A DNA stretch of 64,000 nt, taken from assembly GCA_964106915.2 (NCBI GenBank), contig OZ066919.1; one strand, 5' to 3'. Source of the stretch: Podarcis gaigeae (taxonomy: Eukaryota). The notes beneath the pieces were generated by a model. The model saw only the letters and a list, made by a program, of their open reading frames with translations, was not told the origin of the DNA and searched no databases. Made by a program: the position numbers and the translations under genes. This document shows positions 12,901 to 27,900 of the stretch, in pieces; the first letter of the stretch is position 1, and each line of letters starts with the position of its first letter.

Positions 12901-15900
12901 TCCTGTCCGAGAACTTCAGATCCTGCCAAAGCCACATTTTGGATCTGAACAAACAATGAGTTTGCATGATTTCTTTTAGTGAAGAGGATTTCTGCCACTT
13001 TTGTCTCAAATAAATGGCGTAGATATGTGCATCTGCATGACATCTGTTTGTGAAAGATCTGCCTGCTTAAAATCTTGCATGCTCCTTCAGCCACAGAAAA
13101 TAGACCAACATTAACCTGCACATCTTGTTATACTGATAATGGAATCTGGATTGCAAAATGTGGCATTTCTTCTGAGAATCCCCAGGTTTCACCATATTTA
13201 ATCAATGTTTAATCACTTGACTGCCTCCTTGAAAAACCTCACCCCTATAGAGTCATAAAACCACAATTCTACATATGTCAGGAATGGGGAACCTGTGGCC
13301 CTCTAGATGTTGCTAGGCTGCAGATCCCACTAATCATGCTGGCTGGGCTAATTAGAGCTGCAGCCCAACATGTGGAGGGCCACAGTTTCCCCATTTCACT
13401 ATTTCAGAAAATGAACTGCAGAGTCTGATTTAATATTTCAGTGAAGCTCAAAGGTGGCAGGGTGGGAGTATGGTCACTCCCCAGGCCATTTCAGAACAGA
13501 AAAAAACACAGCCATGGAAATAGATTATGGGAGGAACTCTCCAAACATACCAGAGGAAGTCACCTAATGTGCAAGTGCAGACAGATGGTTGCTTGGTCAC
13601 AACGTAGTCTCGGCCATTCTGACAGAAAGATGACTTGCGAAGGCGCAGGTATTCCTCCTTGTAGCCCAATATGCATCCATCTGCAGGGTCATTGGGATTG
13701 CTGGAGTGAGCCAACCACTTTGTGTAGTCCTTCTCCATACCTAAGGAGGGAATAATGACCAGATTCCTGAGACAGCCAAAAACTACTAAAATTCTGTGGG
13801 CTTTTCTGTAGAATTCTGTGGTACAATCAGCCACAGAACTGGGGCACGTACTCTCTGGAATTAAGGGGAGCTGCAGGGGCCGGATCCAGCCCAATCACCT
13901 TCTAAATCCGGCCTGCGGATGTCCGGGAATCAGTGTGTTTTTACATGAGCAGAATGTGTGCTTTTATTTAGATGCATCTCTGGGTTATTTGTGGGGCATA
14001 GGAATTTGTTAATTCCCCCCCCCCAAAAAAATATATAGTCTGGCCCCCCACAAGGTCTGAGGGACAGTGGACTGGCCCCCTGCTGAAAAAGATTGCTGAC
14101 CCCTGCTCTAGTTGCATCACATTTTTTAAATTCACAGATACAGTCAAGACAATTTGAAGACAGGCAGCTGGCTAACATTCTTATTTGTTATAAAGGAAGA
14201 GATTACTCACACTCCCTGTTGAGAAGATCATTAAAGTCAATAGTATACGAGATCCACTGACGAGACAGGAAGCTCTCTGTAAATCCCCAGATGCTAACAT
14301 TCATCGATTTTGCTCCTGGTTCTGATGCCAGGCCAGTAAACGTCATAGGATCCTTACTGAAAACATAGTTGTGCCAGCACTGCCCTTCGTCTGTGGAGAA
14401 CCTGAAACAGATAAGATTAGGAATGGAGGTTTGGCATTATCACTGTGGTTAATTTAGACTGACAGAAATCCTAACAAAGCTTAAGGCAGCCACTCTCAAA
14501 TACTGGGGATGCAAGACAGGTGACAGGAATATTAGACTAAACTACATGCTTACTTGCCACTTGCATATCAGAACCTTGGGTTCCGCTGTACTGTGTCCGT
14601 TTCTGGGCACCACAATTTAAGGAGGATATTGACAAGCTGGAATGTGTTCAGAGGGAGACCAAGATGATCAAGGGGCTGGAAACCAAAGCTGATGAGCAAT
14701 GGTTTAGGGAGTTGGGTGTGTTTAACTTGGAAAAGAGGAGACTGAGAGGGTGGCATGATAGCCATGTTTGAATATCTGAAGGGCTGTCACATGGAAGAGG
14801 GAACAAGCTTTTTTTCTCCTACTTCAGAGGGCCTTGGGACCTGAACCAATGGATTCAAATTACAAGAAAGGAGATTCTGACTAAACATTAGGAAGAAATG
14901 CCTGCTGTTAAGAGCTATGATTCCCTCGGAAAGTGGTGGACTCTCCTTCATTGGAGGTTTTGACACAGAGGCTGGAGGGTCATCTGTCAGAGATGCTTTA
15001 ACTGTGATTCCTGCATTGTATGGGGTTGGACTAGATGACCTTTGGTGTGCCTTCCAAGTCTACAATTATATGACTGACTTCTTTGCAAATGAGTGCCCAG
15101 GAAAAGGTGATTTGCAATGGAGAAGTGCACTGGGACTGTCTGTTGCTTTTATCCTAGCTGGAATTCCAAACATATTTATGTCTGCCTGTTCTGGACGAGA
15201 GCTTGTCAATAGGGATAGAAATTAGTGGTTCTTCTGAAATCACTCCTCTCAAGCAACAGCTTCGTGGTTAGGATAGCCTCATTCCTTTCAAACGTTCTAA
15301 ATTGAGAGCAACCCAGTTTCTTCCTTTACATCATTCTACAGCAGTGTTTCATAGATTTGGGTCCCTAGCTGTTGTTGGACTTCCCAGCATCCCTGGCCAC
15401 TGGTCCTACTAGCTAGGGATGGTGGGAGTTGTAGTCCAACAAACAGCTGGGCCCCCAAGTTTGAGTAACACTGTTCTATAGGGATGGTTCCAAGTGACAT
15501 AACAGTGAGGAAGTGGGCACTGAACTTCTCATGTCCTCCCACCATAGAAGTATTAACAAAATTAAGTTCCTGCATACTTAATCACATTGATAGGATGATC
15601 CGTTTGCTCAACAGCCACAATGATGCCCCCAGAATCCAGGATGGCATAGTGATGGGGTCCTTCAAGCATCCGTGCCCAGGTGTAGCCGCCATCATCCGAA
15701 ATGTAAACATCTGGGTTTATTATTGAAATGGCATCCCCAACACTTCCTGCAACACAAGGCCATTGCCAATACAATGGATATGAGTACACTACAGTTCTCT
15801 CATGAAGGTCCACCACTTGTATTCATTCCTAAGTTCACCCACCCTTAGTGGCGGAAGAAGGAAAAAAACAGATCTGTAAAATACAGAAACCAGAAGACAA

Positions 15901-18900
15901 TTGCAAGTAAAGCCTCATCCTTTGCCAATTATCTTACATTGCATTATACGTGTATAAGGATAATTCATTACCGTGAGCAATGACAATTCCAACAGCATTG
16001 GGCTCAGACAGAGGAGCCATTGGTACATTCAGCTTCTGGGAGATGCTGTAAGATGCATGGATGTGAAGGCTGCACTGTAAATGTAAGACAACCCCAATAA
16101 GAAAAGGAGGCAAAATGGTGAAGCATTAACATATTTGGTCTTATTAAAAGCAAAACAAAACAAAAAAAAAACACCTTGAATTTCAACAGAATTGCCACAA
16201 AGGAGAACCTTTACTGGTGCAAATCCAAGGCAAACTGAACCCAAGCTCCCAAGCTTTATTAGCTGACACACTGTGTTTTGAATAGCACATGGACCAAGGC
16301 AGCTTCTTCCACACGTAATCCTGTTCCCTTCTGTTGTTGTTGTTTTAAATCAGGCAGAATTACAAACTGTTTTCTGTTGCATAGTTTGTTGAGCATTCCA
16401 CTCCTCTTGCAAAACATCCCTAAAAATGTGCTTTATTTTTATCTTTATTGTAAGTTAGATGCTCTAACCACGCAGCATGAGATAATACAACTATTGGTAA
16501 GCCAATTTCCTAATGAATATTTACAAAGGCTACAGCAACTTTAATATGTTTAATGCTATTTGAAGACCTATAAATTTGGTCTCTAACTATGATTTTGCAC
16601 ACCCTGTACCACCACACCCTAATCTTGCACTTCAGTCATACACTCAATTTACACCTTGTAAATTTTTTTACATAGTTTTCAGTAGAACCAACTTCCAAAC
16701 AAGTAACTTAGAACTATAACTTGGCCTGACAATATTATCCTACATCCAATATATAAACATACAAACCTTTTCCTTATTTTTGGCAGTTGAGTCACATTTG
16801 GCATTTTCAGGTTTCCTCAAGTGCACCCACTCCCCTCCTTGATCAAAGGTAATCACCGATTGAATGGAATTATCTGATTGAGAGGAGAAAATGTCAGTAT
16901 TTGTGCAATAAATTCTATACAACATACTTACTCTTAAAACCCAATGCAGTGCTAAGCCTCACATTCCATCGGTGCAAGGATTTTATTGTGAAATGGAACA
17001 TTATCCCCCTCTCCTCCTCCCATACGCTCCCTAAATCTGTTCCATGGGTTTCCCCAACCATCTAGATTATATTTGGGGAGGGTGTGGAGTAAGTGCTGAA
17101 GGTGGGGGGGGGGGGAAGAGCCCTGTGGCACAAGTGGAAATGCTTTCACTAATGGGATGCAAAGGTTGAATGCCACCTGCTATAATTAAAAAAATGAATG
17201 CTTTCTTTTATTCCCATGCCATGAAGCAACATTCCAAGCATTCAAAAAGACAAGACATCTTGCAAAGGAGGACCAAACTTTGAAAACTGAGTAAGACTGC
17301 AAACCTAGTCCCACACTGCGCTGTTGAGACTCATTGGGTTGGCTCCTGCTGCACACCGGCTGAGTTCAATGTCAGGCCATCAGCCATTATTTCAGGGACA
17401 ACCTTTCCAGTATTCACAGCTTGATATTAAAGCTCCAGCCCCTGTGCAGATGTGTCATCTTTCTGCTTCAAATAAGGCACTCCTGATTCCCATCTATAGG
17501 AACTGTCAACCTTACAACACAGTTTAACAGTTTGGCTTCCTTACTTCACTCAGACTGTCTAAAGAGATTCAACCTGGGCTGAAACTAAGTAACTCTCTGG
17601 TATACATGGGAAACCTGTGGCTCTCCAGATGTTGCTGGACTACAACTCCCATCATCCCTGTCTCTTGACCATGCTTGCTGGGAATAATAAGAACTGACTA
17701 TATGAAGAAGCACAGGTCTCCCGTCCCTGCTTTACAGGATGGGTATTAACAGACATAGTAAGCACAGGAACAGATCAATGTTGATTATTCCTATTAACTT
17801 CGTAAAAGCAGAAGAGACCAGTACTGCAAGACAAGTGAACTTGTCCTCGACAAACTAAGACAGTAACATGATTGTTTCCTATGAAACAAAGCACCTATGA
17901 GAAAACCTAGCTTCAAAACAAGCTATTTCAAACAAATTAGCAAACATAAGCATTATGGATCTGCCAAATGGATCTCCCAGAAATGCCTCAATTCCATCTC
18001 ACTGAAAAGTTTCAGCTACTTTCCTAACAGATTCCTCAATCTTCAATTACAGCCAATCTAGAATCCATGTCCCCATGACGCCATGCAGAAATTGAGTACT
18101 TACCCTCTGAGAGCACACTAGTGATGTAGATGCCTCGCAAGGAGGTCACATTGGTGAAGTCCGTCTCTCCCCCTGTGGTGGTATATAGATGCCTTTCTAG
18201 GGACTTCGAATATATGATGCCTTGGTCATCAGAGGTATAAATTGTCCCATACCCAGTATCTGCAAGAAAAACAACAGGTTGCAGGGAGGGGGTCCTTCCA
18301 AAGAGTCCCTAAGGAATGGGGCTCTCATCTCAGTATTATCAACATCACCATTAATTTGAGATTACCAGGCCTAGAAAGCTGGTAGACCTATCCTTATGTC
18401 AATTTCAAAGCTGCCTAAAACTATTACAATAAACTGGATTGGGAAATAAGTGAGGACTATATGAAACAAATGAACAGGGCCACAGGGTTCTTGACAGAAC
18501 AAGAGTGAGAACAGCGGGGAGACACCAGGATTTCAAGTGTGTGGACGCAACTACAACTGTCCTTCCCTAAGGGATGATCTGGCAGTCTCTTTACCAACTG
18601 TATGATTCAAATGCTTTTTCATTATGAGCGCATATATGTTATTTCAAGGATTAACCTTAGGTGCCTATATGCTATACTGTTCATCTTCACATTTTAAGAG
18701 CTGGTTCTCTTCATGAACCATACGAAGTTTTGCAACCCACATCAAATGCATGTTGAAATCCAGAACTTTTTAAGATTTTTAAGTATACACCACACCAAAC
18801 TGTCTTCTCTCACCTCCAGGCTCATCTACATGCATGAACACCATGTCATCATTAGCTGCCAAGATAGAGTAAAACTGCTCTTGTCCAACTGAAGGAAGTT

Positions 18901-21900
18901 GTGCCATGTTCCAGGTTTCTCCATGATCCAGTGACACATGGATTCGTCTTGTAGTGCCCTAGTGAAGGCAATGATAGTGTTGTTGAATTACTACCACATC
19001 CTAGATACTATTGGTGTTTATATAGGAGGTTATTCCATGACGGATACCAGAAATTCACACTACGTAATCTTGATAGTATACTAAATAAGGAATCCCCTCC
19101 CTTATTTATCGAGCTGATACTATATCTTGGGATGGGAGCTGTAGGGGCACTTCCTCACTGCATAGTGAACTGTTATCTTTATTAAGGAGTGAAATCACTG
19201 AGTGGAATTTAACATCAAGCTCTTCCAGTCGTTCCATCTGTACAGGCATCCCAGGTTGCCATTTCTGCACTGTTTGAGGGTTTATCCTGACATCCCACCA
19301 AGCAAATTTTGGGGGGCACAGGAGTGGAGGCAGGGAAGCTCCGTTGCGCAAGTAGAAGTTCTTGCACAGGGTTTCTGCTGACAGGGCTGATTACATGAAC
19401 CTTGCCCAAATTTTTAAACTGAAAAATCAGTGGTGCTAAACCTTGGCCTGGATGCCTGATCAGTCAGCCACTTCTGGCCACTTCTACAGCTGGAGGGTTG
19501 GCCAAGGATGAAAATGGCCCTCAGACTAGAAAAAGCCACTTGCATTAAAAATGAACTAATATACATCAACATTCTACAAACAGTGGTTCCTTTGCTTTCT
19601 ATCATAGAGGGGTGGGACCCACTGTAAACTAAACTCCTGGGACCTATGGAAACAGAAAAAGAGAACAGTGAATTTCCTACCTTTTCTGTCATCACAGATG
19701 CAAAGAGGAAGCGTCCTCCAAGACCAAAGGAGTAGATTTTGCTTCCTATAGTCTTGAATGTCTTCCCAAAGTCTTTGGTCCTTTTCAGCTCAAGTAACCC
19801 AAGATCAGCTTCTTGTGAAAGAGGAAGTATATGAACATTGTCCCGATTAGAGAGATAGAGAAGCACTCTTCATGAAATACACACAGCAAAGAGATTTCAT
19901 CCATTGAAGGGGTTGCAAGGCCACACCACTGCCCCATGAGCCTGTAGTTTCCCATCCCTAACCCCACCCCCAATGTCCCTGAAATGTCAATGAGCCTGGA
20001 AACGTGCAGCAAAAAAAAAGTCTAATTGCATAGGCTACTCTTTTGCAGGCATCTGTGGTCAATCATGCAGGGGGTAGGCCTTAGGGGCTGGACTCTGCAA
20101 CTGCTTCAACATATGGTGCCCTTTTCAAGTATGTATGAAAGGTGCTGTAGAGCAAATGAAAAAAAAAACAGCTTCAAAGGCCTTATTCATTAAAGCAGGG
20201 CGATGCTAGGTCCATTTGAGGTGCTGGCTAGCCAGCACAGTGCTAATCTTGTTTAACACATAGGTATGCTGCTCTTCGGTTTAGCAGAACTCCAAGGATG
20301 GCTCATAATAATAATAATAATAATAAAGCACAGTATCAAAATACAAAATAAAACTCAACATAACCCAACATAACCCAAAATTTGAGCAACACCATCAGAA
20401 GAATCAGTAAAAATAACTGATTAAAGCCATCCAGCTTAGATTAGGGCCTCTGGTGAAGATTGTGTTATTTAAGCATGCTCAGTGAGAGAAGTGGTGTCCG
20501 TTACACACTGTGTTCCCAAGCTGTTTAAAAAGGGTGAGAACCAGCACTTGAAGCCATCTTCAGAAATGGACTGTCCGCAAGTGAGTTGTTAAACAACTAA
20601 CATGTATCATTATTACTTGCTGTACTTGGGAATACTTACTACAAGAGCCATTCAGGAATGTGGTGAAGAAAATGGTCATGCCAGAGCCCCTGGAAAAAGT
20701 CAAGGGGAAGGACACTGAGAGCAAAGTCCTGAGAGCAAAGAAGCTAGCTAATTCAACAACTGGCACAGAGAGCCACTTAACTGGAAAAGTCAGGGATGAA
20801 ATCTGGGACCCTCGATACAGAAGGCAGGTGCTCTACTGCCAAGCTATTGGATCTACTCTCCAAACAGCCCTGGTACCCTGAAGGTGAAAATGATCCCAAG
20901 CTGGAAAATTTAACACACAGCTACCAAGTTGCCCCTTTATATAGAGCTCTTTCTGCATATGCTAAGTGTTCAAGTAGTGCAAACCTCAGTGTATGCAGAA
21001 GGCATTACAGCAACTTTTTTTAAAAAAAGCATACAGTACAAACATGACCACAAGAAAGGCTATTGGGGACCAAGAGAATTTCATCCCAAAGAGAGTTATC
21101 TTTCTGTTTTTGCAAGCAGCCAGCTCTAGTGTAATCAAGAGAACATTAAACTACTAACTCTCCCTGGGGAACATGTTTGTTTTTCAGCTGCTCACCATTT
21201 GGCCAGGCAAACATCTTTGTGTATTTCTTTCCATTTCTCACCAAAGGTCTTAGATACCCACAGGCTGCCCTGAAAACATTAAAAAAGGATTATTCATCAT
21301 CTGCTTAGCATTTTCAAGTCTGAGCTAAAAATATTCATTAAAAAATATTTTAGCCCAGATTTCCATTGAAAATGCTCAAGGTGGTTTACAATCCAACTAA
21401 CATATTAAAAAATAAAATGCAAAATAATCAGTAAGGCAGAGAAAAGAGGCAGCAGAGCAAACATATCTAACATATCACAGAGAATAAGATTAGCAATTTG
21501 GTAGATCAATTTTTTGCTGGAAAATACATCCTTGCACAGCAGTGGAACACCATCAGAGAAGGGTCAAGATGTGACTCCCCTTTAGAGAGTAACTGAAGTG
21601 TTGGTGAGCCCACAGAGAAGGCGCAGTTGTGTATAGCCAAGCACAACTCAGATGTTGGTGAGACATGAAAGAGAACCTCCATAACAGATTTTAAGGGCAG
21701 GAAAGCTCATATGGGAGAGGACAATATTTTAAACATCCTAGTGTCAAATCATTTAGGACTTTAAAGTTCATTATCAACACTTTGAATTGGGGCCAGAAAC
21801 ACAACAGAAGGCAGTAACAGAATGGACACATTTTCTTGACCAGCTGATGCTTCCATACTTCAGTTCTGCCACTGAGTCAGACTGTATCTCTTAAAGCAGC

Positions 21901-24900
21901 TTGATTCACCTATATACAGAATCTCATAGTCCTGTTAGAAAAGAACTTCATGCAGCCAATGCAATGAGTTTCATTTAAAATATACCCCACACTTTCATTA
22001 TGTAACACAGCACTTAGGGCAAAGCAGTAACTATGACCATACAACTGCTGTATTGATGAGACAGGAACTATGACGCTGCCAATTATTACCACAAGGGGTC
22101 ATACAAGAGCCAAGCCCTCCTGCCCACCCACCCAAACATACTTTAAGAGTCTCTCCGGACTGGAGCTTTTTAGTGGGTGAATTCTGCAACATGTCACTGA
22201 TGCAATAATTGTGGTGGATTGATACTGGACCATCCATCATTCCACTTTATTAGTTGTTCTGCAATGCTATTACGCCATTATTGCTGTTTGGAGCAGTACT
22301 ACAGTACCATAAAAGCAGAACAAAAACTAAAGCAAAACATTTGCGGTATGAAAGGTTACAAGGATTTCAACAGGACATTATGGGATAAGCTGAAAATGAA
22401 GCAGTGTACCCACTCTAGAACTTTTTCAGGTTTAAACAGTATTGAAAGTGGGATCAGGAATAACAGCCCCAATACCATCGTAAGTCCAAATCATCATGAA
22501 TGCATAATAAAAAGGATGTCTGAAGGAGCCATAAATGGCTTCTTGGAGCCTAGATTCAGTGCCTAAATTATACCAGTGAATAAGTGAACCAACAGCTCTA
22601 TTCTTCCCAAATCCTTACCTCAATACTGAGGGCCAACAACAGATCAGAATTCTGAGGGTGATAAATTATTTGAGTTGAAGGATGGAAAGGAATATCTGTC
22701 AACTGGAAGTTCTTAGCAAAATCAGATGATCGAAATATTCTTCCTGTATGGTATGGTCTAGGTCTGTCCCCCGTCAGTATCACCTAGTCAGAAAAATAAA
22801 GATCAGTGTCCCTTCTCAACATATCTGTGCTTCTAGTTTATCACAAATAAAGAAGTCACCTGAAGCTATTTGAAACTCTGCAGTTTTGAAGTTGGCAGAA
22901 ACCAGAATAAAAATCCCAACTGTGTGGGAGAACAGAAATCCTCACTAACCCTTAGTGTTTCTTGTGCTTATGCTCCTTCTGCAAGTTTGCTATGCAAATT
23001 AGTGCAAAGGGACTGCTTCACTAGGATATGAGTGCTTAGCTGAACTCCATTAATTTTTTTAAGACAATCTAAAAGGATGTAACATTTTTTCTCACATCCA
23101 TCTGGAAGACATGTGGGAATAAACCAAACCCATAAAGACCAAAGGAAACAGTGATGACCTGAATAAAACCAATAATGTTGGTGTAAACATTATTTCTGTT
23201 TTGGCAGCAAACTAACAAGTCCAGAAAAAGTAGTAGAAACCCTATAAACCACCACCAATCATTTGACTATTAGAAATATGTCTTATGCAACCTGCTTTAG
23301 GATCAAACTTTGTACAGCACACTACAGAATGTTCTGCCAAGGAAACTGAGCTGCTCTGAGGACGAGACTTTGTGAAAATCACACAGCCATGCCTAGAACA
23401 CTGCGTGATTGCGTAGGTACTGTAACGGTTTGATTTAATCTACAATCAGGTAAACTGGAAAAAGCAGGTAATGGCTCCAACACACAACCAGGAAGCATCA
23501 AGCAGGATGCTATTTCTCAAGGTCATATAGCAAGTCAGTGGCGAGTAGGTTGGATAGGTAGGTAGGTAGAGATTTTGTAGCAGAAATCTGTACTTCAGAG
23601 ATATAATATGATATGGACAACTAGGCTATATTGTGCAACACTGTAAACTTGTTAAGCAGCTGGAGAAATAGGAACAAAGCCCACATCCTACCTTCCCTGA
23701 ATTTTCTGGTCCAATGGCCATTCCAAATTCTGTCCGGATGAAAGTGTTGTTAATGAGATCCGTAATGTCTATGAAAGTTTTCCCATAGTCTTCACTACAG
23801 TGCAAAAAAAAAAAGACATTGTAAGTGTAAAAGCTCCTCAGTACAGGATAGTTTTGCAGATGCAGCCATTTGTGTCTGGAGGCCTCTTAAAACAATAGAA
23901 CACACCAAAAAAATGATAGAAGGAACCAAACCATTTTATGGTCACCCTGTGGAGGTCACTTAACAGCCCTCGTAACCTTTGTTTCAATAATGTGGTGAGC
24001 CTATGTTTGTAGTAAAGTTTCTGACACTCGCAAAGTTGTTGAGATTTTTAAAGAATTTTTCATCCAAACACCAGGACCATAGTACCATACTGTGGGCTTG
24101 CCATATTTCATAAAGTAAAAATCTAGGCACAAAAATTGTTGAGCTCCGGGGAAATCGCAAAAACAACAATGCTGGTATGGGTTGTCATACCCCGGATTTT
24201 CTGCCTGGACCCTGCTTCCGCCTGCAGTGTTCCAGGTATGTCTGGGATCTTCCAGATGTATGGCAACCCTACCATAGTAGCAACATCTGAACATGTAAAA
24301 ACTAATACAGGATACCTGTGAAACAGGCAGGACAGCTTCTTCAGATGATCACATTGATCTGGCTGGTGCACAAGGCAGTTCTTAAAGTAACCTGGTACTA
24401 GGCCATTTAAGGCTATGTACACTAGCTGGAAAATGTACTGGTGGCCAGTACAGGGCTTTCAGCACTGTTGTAATACACTAGTGCAGAGCTGTTCTACCCA
24501 AAAGCTGGGCTGCACTAGCTGCAATTTCCAAACCAACCTCTGGGGTAGGCCCACATGCAGTGCACTGCAACAGTGCAGTCCAGAGGTTACCAAATCATGC
24601 ACCACTGTGGCCAAGCTATCCCTGTCCCAGAACAGCAATACCTAGCGTACTAGCTGAAGCTGGAAAAAGGTACTCAGTCTTTAATTAGCTAGAACATTGC
24701 TGCTTATGCTCTGTATTTTTAAGGTAACCTATTACTTTTCCTATTCACTTTATATTGAATGTTTTAATACAACTCAAAATGGACACCTGCACTTCCTCCT
24801 TGAACTTTGGTTTGTAAACCATCTCCCCAGGGCTAACTGCCCATGCTTACAGCTCTCTGGCAACTTGTAAGAGAGTTAAAACAGGAACACGTCTGAGGTA

Positions 24901-27900
24901 GTGACGTAAAGCACTTCCAGCTTCAAAGCCAGGGAATCAATGGAGGTGCAAGGGTGATCATTTATTAAAGGGAAGCCCCTCAGCAGAGAAAGTTGCTTGT
25001 TTATCGACAGCCAGTTACTAAAAATCCACAAAAGAGCATTCAGTCTAAAAGGAGGAAACACTAGTGAAAGTAACCATGTGCTGGGGAACACCCAAGAGGG
25101 CAGGATGGACTTCGCCTGGCATCCACAAGAAAACAAAGGCAGGGCCGGGTAAATATTCCAAGGGAGGGACTTGTTCAGTGTGAAGCTCCTTGCTCTATAT
25201 TGTAGCCGTAATGTACAAACTAACCCTACAAGTTCCACATGTAACCAGCCAAGACTCCCATAAGAAGTCTTGGCCTCTTGCAAGACTAACTCTACCCAGC
25301 CATGCTATCCCTACACTTTCAGAAGCCTCAAGTTAGAGAACTGCACATGGCAAAGAGTGCCTAAACCTTTTCTAAACTAATAACAAAGGCTAGAGTCTTT
25401 CCCAGTTCTCTTTCTCAGGATACCTGGCGTTTTAAATTTGTCACACTTTGCATATGTGAGCCATTTTTAAGCAGGGTCACTTGTAAGCCTATTCCAGCTG
25501 CCAAAATGGGCAGCAAAATTTGGTGAGTGCCTGAACTTCTCAGCTGCCCTTTACTTTTCCCAATGGGCCTGGGAAAAAGGGTGCCACCACTGCACACCAC
25601 TCTTAGCAGATGCTACTCCTAGCCAAAGGGAATTGCTCTTAAGACTTGCTGTCTGTGGTGCAACTGATTTTCTCCAGCCGCTAAAAAAGAGAAGCTCAGC
25701 CGCACCAAAGAAACAAGGAAGGAAAGATCTGTCTGGCTTCTGTCTGGCAAGGAACCACACCTAAAGAAAGTGCAGTTTGGTCTGTGGTTCACACAAGCTC
25801 TATCCTAGCAGGAAGCATGGGGAAAGATAATAGAGGTGAGCTTTTCAAACCCTCTCAAGCTTCTTGACACCAGTAGCAGCAGTCAGTAAGGAGCTTACAC
25901 CTGTAGGATTTCCAACAGGCAGGCAGAAGGGGGATGGCTTACTTACAGTCCCTTAAGGCAAGCTAGATAATAAAGTAGCATATCCATTGTTTAAAAGGCA
26001 GAGGTAACTGCCTCTGACAAAGAATACACCACTTAGTATATGACTTATTATTAAACCAGCAAATCCCTCAATGATTGCTGCTGGGCTTTTGGTCAGCTTG
26101 TGCCTCTTTACATGTCAGAAAGTTTGACTCTCCCAAGACAGGGTAGACCTCAGGATGCAACACTGCCCACTTATTCAACCTGCTATTCATCACTGGCTTT
26201 GTAAAGAGGGTGACCTATCACTAGTTTAGAAGCTCTGTCCCTAACCACTGTACATAGGCAATGTGAGGCTGCTCACAAATCCTCATATATAAGAATCGGC
26301 AGCAAGCTCTTGGCTTCATTACAATGTGTATTTCAGTTCATAGACATTCACAACACAATGCTCTCACCTTCTGTAGAGCTTAGACTGTCCAAAACTCATG
26401 ATTACCAGAGGTATCTGAAATGTGGTCAATACAAGAATAACCTGGAAAGAGAGAAACCTGTTAGCAACAATAGTCTGAGAACAACCACCAGCACACACAC
26501 TGTCTAAAAGCCAGGTAACCATCACATCCCAATAAGGACAAATTCACATATTTGGGGGTACATACATGGCTGAGCTAACACAAGTTTATGATTTTAATTG
26601 GGTTTATTTTGTCATGTTGGGTTGCTGTCATGCATATTTCATCACAAGTACAATTCACAACACGTTTTTAAAAAATGTTTCAGAAACATTATAAACTTGT
26701 GTGGAGGGGTTTATAAAGGTCAGCTGAATACACCAACATTCACTAGAATTCATTTTGCATTTATTTTTTTTAATGCTATGTCTTATCTTTGCAACTTCTT
26801 TTATTCTGTTTGATGACATTTTAGAAAAGCTACTTCTTAACAAAGTCACCCGTGCTTTGACATCCTAGCTTGAAGTGTCAAGGTGTTTTTTCCCTAAGAG
26901 AGAAAAACTCGCTTAATCTCTGGTATACATAATTGGCCTGACACAGGTTTCTTAGTTAATAGCTAATCTCTCAGAACAATATAAAATAGCTAATCTCTAC
27001 AGAACAATAAAAGATGTTACTTTAGCCCAAAATTGTACCATAATCCCTTTGTATATCAGCAGCCTAGTAAACCTGGTAAGTTAGGGCACATCATATTGCA
27101 TTTTGGAATTATCACACATTGTCATAAAATTGGATTCCGAATCCAATTTTATCTTACTCTTATCGAGTTTCTCTAAGGCTGCCATCCTAACCCCATTTAC
27201 CTGGAATTAAGCCCCAATGAATTCAACAGGAAATACTTCTGAGTAGCCATGACTGGCATTGCACGGTTAGCCATTAGGCAAGAAGCAGAAACAGCTAAAC
27301 TCTAACCAGAAGAGGAAGTTTGCTGATAAATAGTTTACTTTTTTAAAAAAATGGAGGCAGGGGTGAGTTTTAAGAGATGGACAGCTGGACCACTCCGGCA
27401 GTTCAGCTGAGATATTAGTTCTATTAGGCTTCCTTCTCCCTCAACTGACACCTGGTATCAGCCATGCAACAGGATGCAGCAGAGGGAGAAATGGGAAGCA
27501 GAACCCAACAATATCTATATAGTGCAATTCTTCAGTGTGCCTGGAACATTGGTTGTTGCTTACACTTTCAAAGAGAGATGCATTTCTCTGTGCCGGATGT
27601 GAAGAAAGAGGTGGTGAGTACTTCCTCCTCCTCCTCCTCAGGAAGACTTCAGTATTGAAGCAATTCTCACCTCAAGTCTGGATGGGCAGTTAGACACTTC
27701 TTACCAAATCCAGAGTGAGTCATCCAATATACACAACACCTACACTGTGTCCCTTCTTCCTTGGCCATGAGTAGGAAGGTAATAGCTAAAAGAAGAACCC
27801 AAATGGCTTGCAACACCTACATCTGAAGAGGATCATTATTCATGACCCCTCAAACAGGAACGACCCTACTTTTCCAAGTGGCAAGATTAAAGTAAAACTC

